Shown here piece after piece: positions 35,861-48,500 of a stretch of 64,000 nt of DNA. Each line of letters opens with the position of its first letter. Positions within the stretch are counted from its first letter, which is position 1. Below the pieces are notes generated by a model. The model did no database searches. It worked only from the letters and a program-made list of their open reading frames with translations, and was not told the DNA's origin. Made by a program: the position numbers and the translations under genes. Source of the DNA: Macrostomum lignano (taxonomy: Eukaryota); contig NIVC01001325.1 of assembly GCA_002269645.1 (NCBI GenBank), positions 186,001-250,000 on the forward strand. The letters run 5' to 3'.

Positions 35861-36951
35861 ACAAAGTTACTGAAGGCACAACGGAGAGAACTGTGAGGCA
35901 GCAGTCTTGATTTTTGTATGCATCGCATTACAACAAACAGCGCATATTTTATCAAGCATCTAAATTAATTTTTCGTGTGCATCATTTTTATGCTATATAA
36001 ACTCCATACAGTCTATACTTGCATGCTACTTCTCACTAGTAATAAGTAATATCATTAGTTCTATGACCCATTCAAAGTCTTTTAATTAAATTATTTCTAC
36101 TCTATTTTGAGGATAATTTATTGCTTAATAACATCCCAACGCTCTCCCAATAAAATTCATTTGAATAACTATTGTGTGGCATCCCCTAGTGCAAGCGCGA
36201 TTCTAAATTTATTCTGGCTTTTGGTGTATATTATTCAACATGTTTGTTTTATAGTACGAGTTATTGCTTAATCTTGCTTGTTGCTTCAGACAACACTACG
36301 AGAGATAATAGATTAAAGTTACTCGAAAACCTGCATGTGCAGAGACTGCCCTACTTCTTAACATGTTTGCATTGCCAATTTGAAAACTGCACTTAGCTTC
36401 GCCAAAAGAATTGACTTGACTGTAAAACAATTTTTCTTCACTTTTCTTTTCTTCAATTTTTCTTTCCCCAATTATCAATAATATAACGGTTTAGCAAGCT
36501 AAACTAAATCGCATTGAAGCGAATTAAGGCTGGTTTTGGTTTGGAATTTGTGTAATTATGTTGATGTTCACGTTTTAGCGAATTCTGCCGCTGTCGCTAC
36601 AATAAGAAGTTTAAAGGACTCCAGTTTTATCTTTACATTGATAGGAATTTTATTTAGGCTTATGATATGCACTTGTAATGTAAAAGTATCAGCGTATTTT
36701 TTAAAGTACTGCCATACTATAAAAGTACTTAGGTACTTTAAAAAGTTGTGTACTTGAAAATAATTCTAGTGTTACTTTGAAGTACGTGTGTACTTGTGAG
36801 TACGTGTGTACTTGCAAGTACGTCTGTACTCAAAAAGTACTTGCGTACTCTAAAAGTACTTGCGTACTCTAAAAGTACTTACGTACTCGTAAAGTGCTTG
36901 TGTACTTGATCTTCTATTACTTAGTGATACCTTAACCCATCCTGCTTGCAG

Positions 36952-37266
36952 GCAGTCCTAATCACGTGGCTCATCCGAGCTAGCAAGCTCGGCCTTGTCG
37001 GCGGCGCACTCTGGGCCACTCACTCGGCCGGCGTTTGGAGCCTGCAGCCCGGCGTGCCAAATCCGGCCGCATCTAGACTGCGTCGGGACATTCTGCCCGA
37101 GGCGGCCGCGGCGGTGGATTCTGTGCCCAGTGCCGGCCAGCTTGTCGACCAGGCGGCCGGACAGTGGAATGACGGCGTGTCGGCCGCCTGCTCGTGGCTG
37201 GCGCGGGCACCCTCCAGCCTCACCGACGCTTGTCGGGGTCTTTTAGTTTCTCAACGATCGGAATAA
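36952..37266 (+). CDS. MICOS13: MICOS complex subunit MIC13/QIL1 (coding exon lacking its own ATG)
   Basis: KLGLVGGALWATHSAGVW and WNDGVSAACSWLARAPS resemble MIC13 (GSVAGGAVYLVYDQ; WNAGIMTVMSALSVAPS). Starts right after acceptor TTGCAG|GCA. Confidence 0.75.
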   Translation, partial: AVLITWLIRASKLGLVGGALWATHSAGVWSLQPGVPNPAASRLRRDILPEAAAAVDSVPSAGQLVDQAAGQWNDGVSAACSWLARAPSSLTDACRGLLVSQRSE

Positions 37267-37739
37267 ATAACAGAGACTATTAAGTTCTACCTATTTTCAT
37301 GTGTTTAATACGATCCTTCTTTGAAAGCGGCATAAAAGTGCGCAAGTAAAGCACTTTTAAAAACAATTACACTCTCGATAATTGGTTGGAATGGGATTTT
37401 TCAGAGCAAATGAGTCCCACAGGATCTCAGCTCTTTCACAGTTTCACATTATATAATCTGGATCTGGCCCGCTGAACCAACCTAAGAATTTTGCTCATTT
37501 TATAAACTGTCAAAGAAGTATGCTGCTCGAGAAGCACTGCCTACTATAACATAGTAAATAGATCGACTATATATTATATAAAGCGATTCTTGGCGCTTGG
37601 CACCTTGCTTTTGTTTCGTTTTTTTCATTTTAGTAGTCCGCACCCTCGGAACTTCAATATGAAGTTTCGGAGTTCTGTCGAAAATGTAAAGTGTCGGAAA
37701 TTCAGTGATTTGAAGTGTCGGAATTGTAAAGTTTCGGTG

Positions 37740-37990
37740 ATTGAAGTGTCGGAGACATGAAGTGTCGGAGACATGAAGTGTCGGAGACATGAAGTGTCGG
37801 AGACATGAAGTGTCGGAGACATGAAGTGTCGGAGACATGAAGTGTCGGAGACATGAAGTGTCGGAGACATGAAGTGTCGGAGATATGAAGTGTCGGAGTC
37901 ATGAAGTGTCGGAGACATGAAATGTCGGAAATGTGAAGTGTCAGAGATGTGAAATGTCGGAAATGCAAAGTGTAGGAAATGTGAAGTGTC
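37740..37990. repeat. 16-bp minisatellite
   Basis: GAAGTGTCGGAGACAT tandem. Confidence 0.9.
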
Positions 37991-38213
37991 GGGGGGTATC
38001 AAGAGTCGTACATATAAGAGGTGCTGTTGTACATATGAAAATTCGGAAATATGAAAGCAGCCTCCCGTTTAGGCCTATACTCGGTTATATACTTCAATTA
38101 ATCTTTCGTTTATGCCTTTCGCTACTGGAGATCCGCAGGTCATCTGTCAGAGCAATATAGCACGCTTTCTTTAACGTGTGTGCAGCTCTTCTTGCCGACG
38201 TAAAAAATCTATT

Positions 38214-41200
38214 ATGCAACAACAGCAGCTGCGTCTGCCAGTCGACTTGCCGAATTGGCCAGACTTGCGAAAAATATTATTGATATTGCGTCATAATGAT
38301 GGCAAAACCTCCACCCTAATGCGATCTCTGGACCTGTTGCAGTCATGCTTTGTTGGCGGCGGCTGCGGCGGCGACTTAATGGCGGCATCGGTTGGCATCG
38401 GCAGGAGTCGGTCGTCCTGCTTTGCCGGTCTCGGCCGTTTCTTAGAAACCTCTCTGCGGCCGGATGAACGGCGCCAGTTCTTTAGCAGCACCCTGCCGTT
38501 TATTGTGGACCGGGTGCTGGCGCTGGAGACGCACAGGGAGACTCTGAATTATTCGCGCCAGAGTTTGCGTGAGTCGCACTGAAAATAATTATAAGCCTAT
38601 TGAGTATGATCCTAACCTAAGAATCACCCAAAAAAGACCTATGAATCACCAAAAACAGACCTAAAATCACCCTAAACAGATTTTAAGATCACCTAAAAAC
38701 AGACAAGAATCACCCGAAAAACAGACGTATGAATAACCTCAAACAGGCCTTTGAATCACCTTAAACAGACCCATGAATCACCAAAAACAGGCCTATAAAT
38801 CACCCAAAAACAGACTTATGAATCACCTAAAAACAGACCTACGAATCACCCAAAAACAGACTTATGAATCACCTAAAAACAGACCTACGAATCAACCAAA
38901 AACAGACCTTAAAATCACCGTAAAACGGACCTAATAATCACCTAAGGCTGACTCGCATGAGCCTGTGTACAAGCAAGCCCAATTAGCATTAACGCAAGTA
39001 TGAATGATCTAATACTGCCTTTAATCCTCTCCCCGCAGCCGTTGCCGTCCTGCTTAGCCGAAGTTTTATCTCATCTCTAATTGCGTCCGCTTTCCTCTGT
39101 TTGATGCCGCCGCATCCGCCTGAACTGTTGGATTCCATGTCCGACAATAGTTTTGCACCATTCTTTGCCGGCATCCTGTCCACGTGAGTTGCTGGGTGTT
39201 ACTTTTGTATGAGCAGTGTTTCACAATGGTCATTAGTGTGTGAGCAGTGTTTCACAATGGTCATTAGTGTGTGAGCAGTGTTTCACAATGGTCATTAGTG
39301 TGTGAGCAGTGTTTCACAAAGGTCATTAGTGTGTGAGCAGTGTTTCACTGAGGTCATTAGTGTGAGAGCAGTGTTTCACAATGGTCATTAGTGTGTGAGC
39401 AGTGTTTCACGAAGGTTATTAGTGTGTGAGCAGTGTTTCACAATGGTCATTAGTGTGTGAGCAGTGTTTCACAATGGTCATTAGTGTGTGAGCAGTGTTT
39501 CACGAAGGTCATTAGTGTGTGAGCAGTGTTTCACAATGGTCATTAGTGTGTGAGCAGTGTTTCACGAAGGTCATTAGTGTGTGAGCAGTGTTTCACAATG
39601 GTCATTAGTGTGTGAGCAGTGTTTCACGAAGGTCATTAGTGTGTGAGCAGTGTTTCACGAAGGTCATTAGTGCTGCACAAATCATAAATCATAAAGCTTG
39701 AGCAACGCATCCCCACCGCCCCTCAATCCCGCTGCAGCTCCAGCTACCAAGCCGAGAAGCTTCGCTGCATCCTGGCCTACTTCGAGGAACTCCAGCGTCG
39801 GTCCACTGTTGCCAGCCAACTTGAAACTGACGATGAAAAGCTGCTCATTGTTCGATCCGTGCTGGAACCGGGACTGCTGCTAGGCTCGGATTACCTGGCC
39901 TCCAGCTCCCAGCCCCTGTGCCCGGTGCTGCTTGACCCCGATGCGCCAATCGATCAGGCGGACACCGCGCTGCTGCATGTCAACTTCAGCAGCTGCCTGC
40001 TCGGGGGCAGCACTCTGCGGACTGGGGTGGCCCAGGTATGCCAGGTCCTCCAAATTTTGTTGCTGGGCCAGCCTCCCAAGTCCTCAGTTGCTGGGCCAGC
40101 CTCCCAAGTCCTCAGTTGCTGGGCCACAATCCCAGACCCTCAGTTGCTCGGCCACTGCCAGCCTCCGAGATCCATAATTGCTGGGCCAGCCTCCGAGATC
40201 CTCAATTGCTGGGCCAGCCTCCGAGATCCATAATTGCTGGGCCAGCCTCCGAGATCCTCAATTGCTGGGCCAGCCTCCGAGATCCATAATTGCTGGGCCA
40301 GCCTCCGAGATCCTCAATTGCTAGGCCAGCCTCCCAGATCCTCAGTTGCTAGTCCATCCTCCCAGATCCTCAGTTGCTAGGCACTGCCACTTTCTCAGAT
40401 CCTCAGTTGCTAGGCCACCGCCAATTTCCCAGATCCTCAGTTGCTGGGCCATCGCCACATTCCCAGTTTGCAAATATTAATACATTAACAAACTGCAACT
40501 CATTGTCAGGAGGAAGTGAACTTCTGCGTTCACCCCGAGCTGCTGGTAACGCAGCTGTTCATGGAGGCCATGGAGAGCAACGAATCTGTATTCGTATTCG
40601 GCTACGAGCCATTCAGCTCCTACACCGGCTCGGGCGTGGGCTTCAGATTCAGCGGGCGCTTGTCAGAAATGTCTTTGCCTCCTTTTGACCGCTGCCTCGT
40701 GTGCATGGACGCTCTGCCGTTCATCTGGTGCCAGCACGAGCAATACTACGAATGCAATTTGATGCGAGAACTTAACAAGGCTTTTGTAGGATTCAGGCAG
40801 AGCTTCGCTCATGTGAGTGGCTTTTTTCCTGTGTTGCATTTTTAGGATATTTCTCTTTGAGTCCCGTCTCATCCGTCCAGTTCTCTATTTTCGAGACTGG
40901 TTTGAGTCCCGTCTCATTCTGTTCTCTATTTTCGAGACTGGTTTGAGTCCCATCTCATCCTTGCTGTTCTCTATTTTCGAGACTGGTTTGAGTCCCATCT
41001 CATCCTTGCTGTTCTCTATTTTCGAGACTGGTTTGAGTCCCATCTCATCCTTGCTGTTCTCTATTTTCGAGACTGGTTTAAGTCCCGTCTCATCCTTGCT
41101 GTTCTCTATTTTCGAGACTGGTTTAAGTCCCGTCTCATCCTTGCTGTTCTCTATTTTCGGGACTGGTTTGAGTCCCGTCTTAATCTGTTCTCTATTTTCG

Positions 41201-44200
41201 GGACTGGTTTGAGTCCCGTCTTAATCTGTTCTCTATTTTCGGGGACTGGTTTGAGTCCCGTCTTAATCTGTTCTCTTTTTTCGGGGACTGGTTTGAGTCC
41301 CGTCTTAATCTGTTCTCCATTCTGCCTTTCTATTATGATGCCCCCTTTCAATTTTCTGTTTCAAAAAAGATCCCCTACTCACAATATTTCCCATACAATT
41401 CGTATTTTTCTAGATCCCCAAGCAGGCGCCGCAGCCAGCGGACCAGGGCCCCCTGTCCATGCTGGAGCTGGCCGCCGCCCCCTCGCCTCATCCTCATCGG
41501 CGGCCTCCTACTCAAGCTCAGCCCCAGCCTCCTCATCATCATCCTCGAACCCCCGCCTCGGCCTCCGCATCAACTTCCGGGGCTGTCGTCATCGACTGGA
41601 CTAATCGTAGGCGCAGCAGCGGCGCCGCCTCATCGGCGTCGTCCTCGACGCCCTCCTGGCAGCAGCAGCGCGGCAGTCATTCGTCTTCGTCGTCGTCCGC
41701 CTCGCGTCGGAGCAGCTCCCGTAACTCCAGCCAGGTGAACGCGTCCGAACTGGAAGAATTCCTGCAGCAGGGCGGCCGCAGGACCATCGCCGAGGAGGCC
41801 ATCATCGAGGCGGATGTGGCGACGGCTGGGAATGGCGGCGACTATCACAGCCAGGAGCAGCCGGGTAGCAACGGCGTTGGGAACAGCAGCGGCAACAACA
41901 AAGTCGAACCGGCAAAGCCTGTCGCGGACGTCGGCCTGGGCAGCAGCAAGCTGTCCACCATGCTTCAGCGCAGGCGCAACAGCTCGCCGCTGCGTCGGCC
42001 GCCTAGCAACGGCGAACAGCGTCGTCGTAGGCGTCGCCGACTATCGGCTAGGCGCGACAGTTCGCCTGCGGCCTCGCCGCCGCTTGTCTTCATTGACGAT
42101 TGTCGACGACGCAGAGAAGCAGCTACGGCGACAGCGGCGGCCGCCCTCTTAGACTCGCTGCTTCGCCAGGCTATGCTGGAGGCCGCAGCCGCTCTGGCCG
42201 CCAACGCCGCCGCTGAGAAGACCAAGAGAAATAATCGAACAAAGAAAAAGAAGCCGAAGCACCAATCTAGTTTGTCTTCGACTGCCAGAGCTTATCTGCC
42301 TAGCGGCGACCAGCGCCAGCAGCAGCTGTTCAGCGTCGACGCCTGCGGCAATCTGGCGGAGCCGAGGCTGCACTGGCTGGCTGGCCGGGTGGCCGATCGG
42401 GCCGTGGCCTCCGCTTTGCTGGTGCTGCGCCATCGGGCCCTGTGCCCCAGCCAGGCCTGCTGCCAGCGCCGGCATCGGCAGCAGCTGAGCGATGCCGACC
42501 AGCAGGCCGAGCTGGCCTTTGTTGACGCTGTCGACGGTCTGGCCAGTCGGATGGCCCACCGGATTGTGGCGCAGGCTGTGCCGGAGGCGGCCCGGACCTA
42601 CAGCGACTCGTTGCACGTGAGTTTCTGGCTGGATTGTGCTGTGCTCATTGAGTTCTCTACCAATGGCTTCTCTACCCACTGTGCTCATTGAGTTCTCTAC
42701 CAATGGCTTCTCTACCCACTGTGCTCATTGAGTTCTCTACCAATGGCTTCTCTACCCACTGTGCTCATTGAGTTCTCTACCAATGGCTTCTCTACCCACT
42801 GTGCTCATTGAGTTCTCTACCAATGGCTTCTCTACCCACTGTGCTCATTGAGTTCTCTACCAATGGCTTCTCTACCCACTGTGCTCATTGACTTCTCTAC
42901 CAATGGCTTCTCTACCCGCTGTGCTCATTGAGTTCTCGACCAATGGCTTCTCTACCCGCTGTGCTCATTGAGTTTTTTACCCACTGCTTCATTCCAGTGC
43001 CATGAACTTGCTTCGCTTGTACCTCGCGGCGTTGCCACCGGCAACTGGGGCTGCGATTCAAGCGGCGGCGACCCCCAGCTAAAATCGCTGCTGCAGTGGA
43101 TGGCGGCTTCGCTAAATCAGCTGCCGGTCTATCAGTACCATTCGCTGGGCAATTCCCGGATGGGACAGGTGTGTGTTACATCTTGTTATCGAAATCTTAT
43201 GTATTTATACCTCGTAAATATGAGTTTTCATGTATCAAAAAGGGGAGCCCCGATCCCAATACTGGAAATCTTGTTCTTTAACATTGAAAATCCCGATACG
43301 GAAATCCCGCTTCTAAACATGGTTCTCGTTCTAAAATCTCGTTCTAAACGACGAAAGTCCTGTTCCTAAAATATCTTCCTTAATGTGAGAAATCCAGTTT
43401 CTAAACGTAAGAAATCGCGTTTTTAAGCATCGGAAATCTCGTTCCTAAACGCAGGAAACCCTATTTCTAAGGAAATCCCTTTTACAAGAAATAGAAATCC
43501 CGTTTCTAAACATGGAAAACCCTGTTTCTAGCCATAGAAAATCCCGTCTATAAGTATGAGAAATCCTGTTTCTAAGCAAGGGAAATCTGTTTCTAATCGT
43601 GGGAAATCCCATTTCTAAGCTTGAGAAATCACATTTCTAAGCATGGGAAATCCCGTTTCTAAGCATGGGAAATCCCGTTTCTAAGCATGAGAAATCCAGT
43701 TTCTAAGCATGGGAAATCCAGTTTCTAAGCATGGGAAATCCCGTTTCTAAGCATGAGAAATCCCGTTTCTAAGCATGGGAAATCCCGTTTCTAAGCATGG
43801 GAAATCCCGTTTCTAAGCATGGGAAATCCCGTTTCTAAGCATGGGAAATCCCGTTTCTAAGCATGAGAAATCCAGTTTCTAAGCATGGGAAATCCAGTTT
43901 CTAAGCATGGGAAATCCAGTTTTTAAGCATGGGAAATCCAGTTTCTAAGCATGGGAAATCCAGTTTTTAAGCATGGGAAATCCCGTTTCTAAGCATTGGA
44001 AATCGCGTTTCTAAGCATGGGAAATCCTGTTTCTAAGCTAGGGGAATTCCATTCCACTGAATGTTGGAAAACTCAATTTCTAATTGTCCCATCATCCCAG
44101 TACTAATAAAAGAAAATTCTGTCCATTTTCATGCGGCTCACTGTCTGCCTCTTCCCCCTTCCTCGATCCCCATCCCCCAGTTCGACGAACTCAGCAACCA

Positions 44201-44357
44201 GCTGCAGACTCAAGGCTGGTCCGTGGGCCGACTTTGGCAGCAAGTCCAGGCCTACAGCCAGGTGGCTCTGAAGGAGCAGGAGCGATTAGAGCGGGTTGAG
44301 ACCAGCCTGTTTGCTTACCTGCTGGCGCAGCTGTCTGCACATGCTGCTTCTGAATAA
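38214..44357 (+). CDS. PARG: Poly(ADP-ribose) glycohydrolase-like protein (exons 38214-38568, 39039-39183, 39738-40035, 40510-40812, 41414-42616, 42998-43168, 44181-44357; 883 aa)
   Basis: All junctions are GT-AG and frame-consistent. Motifs FFSSTLPFI, KLRCILAYF, LGGSTLRTGVAQ|EEVNF, RELNKAFVGF, VATGNWGC..GGDPQLKSLLQWMAAS. Confidence 0.9.
38620..38945. repeat. ~23-bp degenerate minisatellite (PARG intron 1)
   Basis: AATCACC(C/T)AAAAACAGACCTATG-like units. Confidence 0.85.
39212..39672. repeat. 31-bp minisatellite (PARG intron 2)
   Basis: GAGCAGTGTTTCACAATGGTCATTAGTGTGT tandem. Confidence 0.95.
40070..40450. repeat. ~28-bp minisatellite (PARG intron 3)
   Basis: TTGCTGGGCCAGCCTCCGAGATCCTCA-like units. 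Confidence 0.9.
40860..41317. repeat. 45/39-bp minisatellite (PARG intron 4)
   Basis: GAGACTGGTTTGAGTCCC...TGTTCTCTATTTTC units. Confidence 0.9.
42637..42983. repeat. 40-bp minisatellite (PARG intron 5)
   Basis: GTGCTCATTGAGTTCTCTACCAATGGCTTCTCTACCCACT tandem. Confidence 0.95.
43490..44035. repeat. 22-bp minisatellite (PARG intron 6)
   Basis: GGGAAATCCCGTTTCTAAGCAT tandem. Confidence 0.95.
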
Positions 44358-44850
44358 ATCAATTTTTATTGAGATTTACGCACAGTTCTTGAGCAGAGAT
44401 CAGTAAGGAGTTTGTGCTCTTTTTTCATGTATTTTGTCATTTTTTCACTTTTTTACTATTTATTTCCCCCATAGCTCCTCACTGTTGAGTATAATCCGGA
44501 TTCTGTTTGTAAGCAATTAGATTTCTCTTTTATAAGTTCCTTTTTTATTTCACCATATTATGCATCCTGCTCAACCTACTTGAGTAGGTAAATTAGTGAC
44601 CGTATTTGAGAGTCAGTTGGTATTTCGTAGTTATTATTAATTGTAGAAAATTTTTGGTCCATTTATCGCGCACTTTGACTACTTTTTTGTTTCAGTAGTG
44701 TAGTGTGTGTGTGTGTGTTTGAGTTGTGCTTGCGATAGGGTAGCATGTTTTTGGCGTTTCTTTGTCGCACTGATTGACTTTTTCTATTTCTGTTAATCGG
44801 CAATGTTTATCTGGTAGAATTCAAATCAATGCCATTTAGCAAGTAATTGT

Positions 44851-45213
44851 AGCACTGTCAGCTAGATCAGAGTGAGTAGTGTGACACTGTCAGCTAGATC
44901 AGAGTGAGTAGTGTGACACTGTCAGCTAGATCAGAGTGAGTAGTGTGACACTGTCAGCTAGATCAGAGTGAGTAGTGTGACACTGTCAGCTAGATCAGAG
45001 TGAGTAGTGTGACACTGTCAGCTAGATCAGAGTGAGTAGTGTGACACTGTCAGCTAGATCAGAGTGAGTAGTGTGACACTGTCAGCTAGATCAGAGTGAG
45101 TAGTGTGACACTGTCAGCTAGATCAGAGTGAGTAGTGTGACACTGTCAGCTAGATCAGAGTGAGTAGTGTGACACTGTCAGCTAGATCAGAGTGAGTAGT
45201 GTGACACTGTCAG
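44851..45213. repeat. 32-bp minisatellite
   Basis: GTGTGACACTGTCAGCTAGATCAGAGTGAGTA, near-perfect tandem. Confidence 0.95.
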
Positions 45214-45611
45214 TTAAATTTATATTTCAGTAAAATCCTATATACAATCAACTGTTTCCTTATTTTAGTTAAATATTGAAATACTCGTATCGACCTTTTA
45301 CATAAGGCGCGCTTTGTTATTAGTTGGCTAAGATTGATACAAAGTATTCATATATGAGCGTGTATTCTTGCTAAAGCTTGCTCTTTCATACTGTTATAGC
45401 TATGTAATTAGAACGCGTTTTGTGAATGCACGTTTAGCTTAGAGTTTTGCAACACCTTTAGCATTTCGTCGTATTACCATTTTGTGTTTTTTCATATTTT
45501 TCCTCATATACTCGTACGTTAGTAGTCTGTCGCTCATTATATTGCCCTTGGTCACTCACCCCGCACTATCGGTTGCAACAGGCTGTTTATTCAACGGGTG
45601 CTAAATCCAAG

Positions 45612-46130
45612 TCACCCAGGTGATCAGTCAGTTGGTCACTCAGGTGATCAATCAGTTGGTCACTCAGGTGATCAATCAGTTGGTCACTCAGGTGATCAAT
45701 CAGTTGGTCACTCAGGTGATCAATCAGTTGGTCACTCAGGTGATCAGTCAGTTGGTCACTCAGGTGATCAATCAGTTGGTCACTCAGGTGATCAATCAGT
45801 TGGTCACTCAGGTGATCAAGCAGTTGGTCACTCAGGTGATCAATCAGTTGGTCACTCAGGTGATCAAGCAGTTGGTCACTCAGGTGATCAATCAGTTGGT
45901 CACTCAGGTGATCAATCAGTTGGTCACTCAGGTGATCAGTCAGTTGGTCACTCAGGTGATCAATCAGTTGGTCACTCAGGTGATCAATCAGTTGGTCACT
46001 CAGGTGATCAGTCAGTCAATTGGTCACTCAGGTGATCAGTCAGTTGGTCACTCAGGTCAGGTGATCAGTCAGTTGGTCACTCAGGCCAGGTGATCAGTCA
46101 GTTGGTCACTCAGGTCAGGTGATCAGTCAG
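45612..46130. repeat. 24-bp minisatellite
   Basis: GGTGATCAATCAGTTGGTCACTCA tandem. Confidence 0.95.
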
Positions 46131-46852
46131 TACTGGAGGTTTCATCCCCTAACTTTGCAGGCTACCTCAGTCCCAGCTCCAAAGTACTTTGCGCTCTGAT
46201 CTCAGCCGTTCTTCATTGCCGCACAGACAAGCTGTTTAATCTGTGCGAATATTTTGTCTTGCCCGATTTCCTGAGCCTAGAAAAATTGAGTTTAAATTAT
46301 ACAATTTTGAGTTGTCCAAAAAATTCATTGCTGACCCGGCTTTCAAATTGGCAGTTGTGTACAGACACCCGCATCATGGGCCATTGCATCCTGTCATATT
46401 GATTATAATCGTGTAGCATTCGTACGCCTCCGCTGCCAGTAGTGCGATGCGCGGTTTCTGGGCTTTTTTTCTCTTGTATACTAGGAATTCGTTGTTTAAA
46501 TAGCCTACGGTTGACAGTCATATCTTGGTTTGTAGTTTTTTGTGTATGATGTCATGTCAATTAGTGACCAGTTTGATCCAAAACTGACTGTGTTTCATTT
46601 ATTCAATTGTGTTTTTTATATTAGTCTTTTCTCAAGCTACCCAGTAAAGGTGCACACATACGGACAATAGTTCAGTATCCAAAGAATGGAGTGAAGCAGT
46701 TTTAACTTTGTGCCTGTGTGTACTCTGAGTATAATTATATCTATAATTTATGGGTGTTTAATATTGGTTGTTAGTTTCTCTAATGTGACATCATATTTCT
46801 AATTGATTAATAAGTATTGGTCTCAGCTGTGTTGTTTAACAGCTAATTATAT

Positions 46853-47451
46853 TATACCTTTTTGCGATCTAGTTTGCCAAAACTGCAATCAATTTTGCCA
46901 AAACTGCCACCTAGTTTGCCCATAGCAAAGAAAACACCAGAGACATACATAGCAAGATCAAAGAATGGCCCAGCGTGGACCTTATAACAGGATTTCAGCG
47001 AAGGACCGGCAGCGATTGATTCAAGCATATCAGGATGGAGAGGACTGGCAAGATTTCGGTAGGCTGTTGGGCATCTCACGAAGAACCGTGACTTACATAG
47101 TATAGTATAGAGCCTCTGCCTCGCGGAGGTGCCAAGCGGAGGCACCCCTTAACAATGCTATGATTGAGAGCATTTGTGCCTACGTCTACCATTATAAACT
47201 CGCTGTTTATTGTTCACTGTTACAGTTTATTTCGTCACACTTCCGAATTGATTCTCAATAAAAATGCTTGCTATGGGCAAACTAGGTGGCAGTTTTAGCA
47301 AAATTGGTTGCAGTTTTCAAAGAGTTGTCTATGGCTGAAACTCTGGTCATGACTCAGCAGACTTGGCCTAGACAGCAAAATTATAAAGTGATACTTTTCC
47401 GCGGGCAAAATTGATTGCAGTTTTGGCAAACTAGATCGCTAAAAGGTATAT
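46853..47451. mobile_element. Non-autonomous TIR element (~600 bp, probable TA target duplication)
   Basis: 46853-46898 and 47405-47451 are near-perfect inverted repeats. A further inverted partial copy lies at ~47268-47310. Confidence 0.7.
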
Positions 47452-47669
47452 TTATAGTTATTAAGTTGATAGCAAGCACTACGATTTTTGATTAGAGTTG
47501 CACCATAATGTGGATTATCAGTGTTTTTTAAACAAATTTTGTATAAAAATATATTTCAATACGAGTTCGTTTTTTGTGTGTGCTATCATTCGTTGCCGAC
47601 TAAACGCGTGTCAAGTTTTGTTCAGTCCGGCATCAATTAACGAGTAAGCCCACGAACCATGAGTTGAAA

Positions 47670-48500
47670 TAGCGCCATAGCCAATATTTTAGCGCCAAAA
47701 CAGCGCCATAGTCAATCTTTTAGCGCCAAAATATCGCCGTAGTCAATATTTTAGCGCCAAAATAGCGCTATAGTCAATATTTTAGCGCCAAAATAGCGCT
47801 ATAGTCAATATTTTAGCGCCAAAATAGCGCTATAGTCAATATTTTAGCGCCAAAATAGCGCTATAGTCAATATTTTAGCGCCAAAATAGCGCTATAGTCA
47901 ATATTTTAGCGCCAAAATAGCGCTATAGTCAATATTTTAGCGCCAAAATAGCGCCATAGTCAATCTTTTAGCGCCAAAATATCGCCGTAGTCAATATTTT
48001 AGCGCCAAAATAGCGCCATAGTCAATATTTTAGCGCCAAAATAGCGCCATAGTCAATATTTTAGCGCCAAAATAGCGCCGTAGTCAATCTTTTAGCGCCA
48101 AAATAGCGCCATAGTCAATCTTTTAGCGCCAAAATATCGCCGTAGTCAATATTTTAGCGCCAAAATAGCGCCATAGTCAATATTTTAGCGCCAAAATAGC
48201 GCCATAGTCAATATTTTAGCGCCAAAATAGCGCCGTAGTCAATATTTTAGCGCCAAAATAGCGCCGTAGTCAACATTTAAGCGCCAACTTAAAGGCGTAG
48301 CCAATCTATTAGCGCCCAAATAGCGCCGTAGTCTATATTTTAGCGCCAACTTAAAGGTGTAGCCAATATATTAGCGCCAAAAATAGCGCCGTAGTCAATA
48401 TTTTAGCGCCAACTTAAAGGCGTAGCCAATATATTAGCGCCAAAAATAGCGCCGTAGTCAATATTTTAGCGCCAAAAAAGCGCCGTAGTCAAGACTTTAG
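47670..48500. repeat. 31-bp minisatellite
   Basis: TAGCGCCATAGTCAATATTTTAGCGCCAAAA tandem. Confidence 0.95.

Noticed and set aside
33263-35955. Long ORFs 33423-34445, 33640-34398, 34795-35955, 34852-35421
   Set aside because: Translations of 34-bp and 21-bp minisatellites lying in an intron and a 3' region; purely periodic peptides.
46852-47145. 97-aa minus-strand ORF inside the TIR element
   Set aside because: It runs into the TIR. The weak resemblance to a CR1-type LINE tail is not enough to call.
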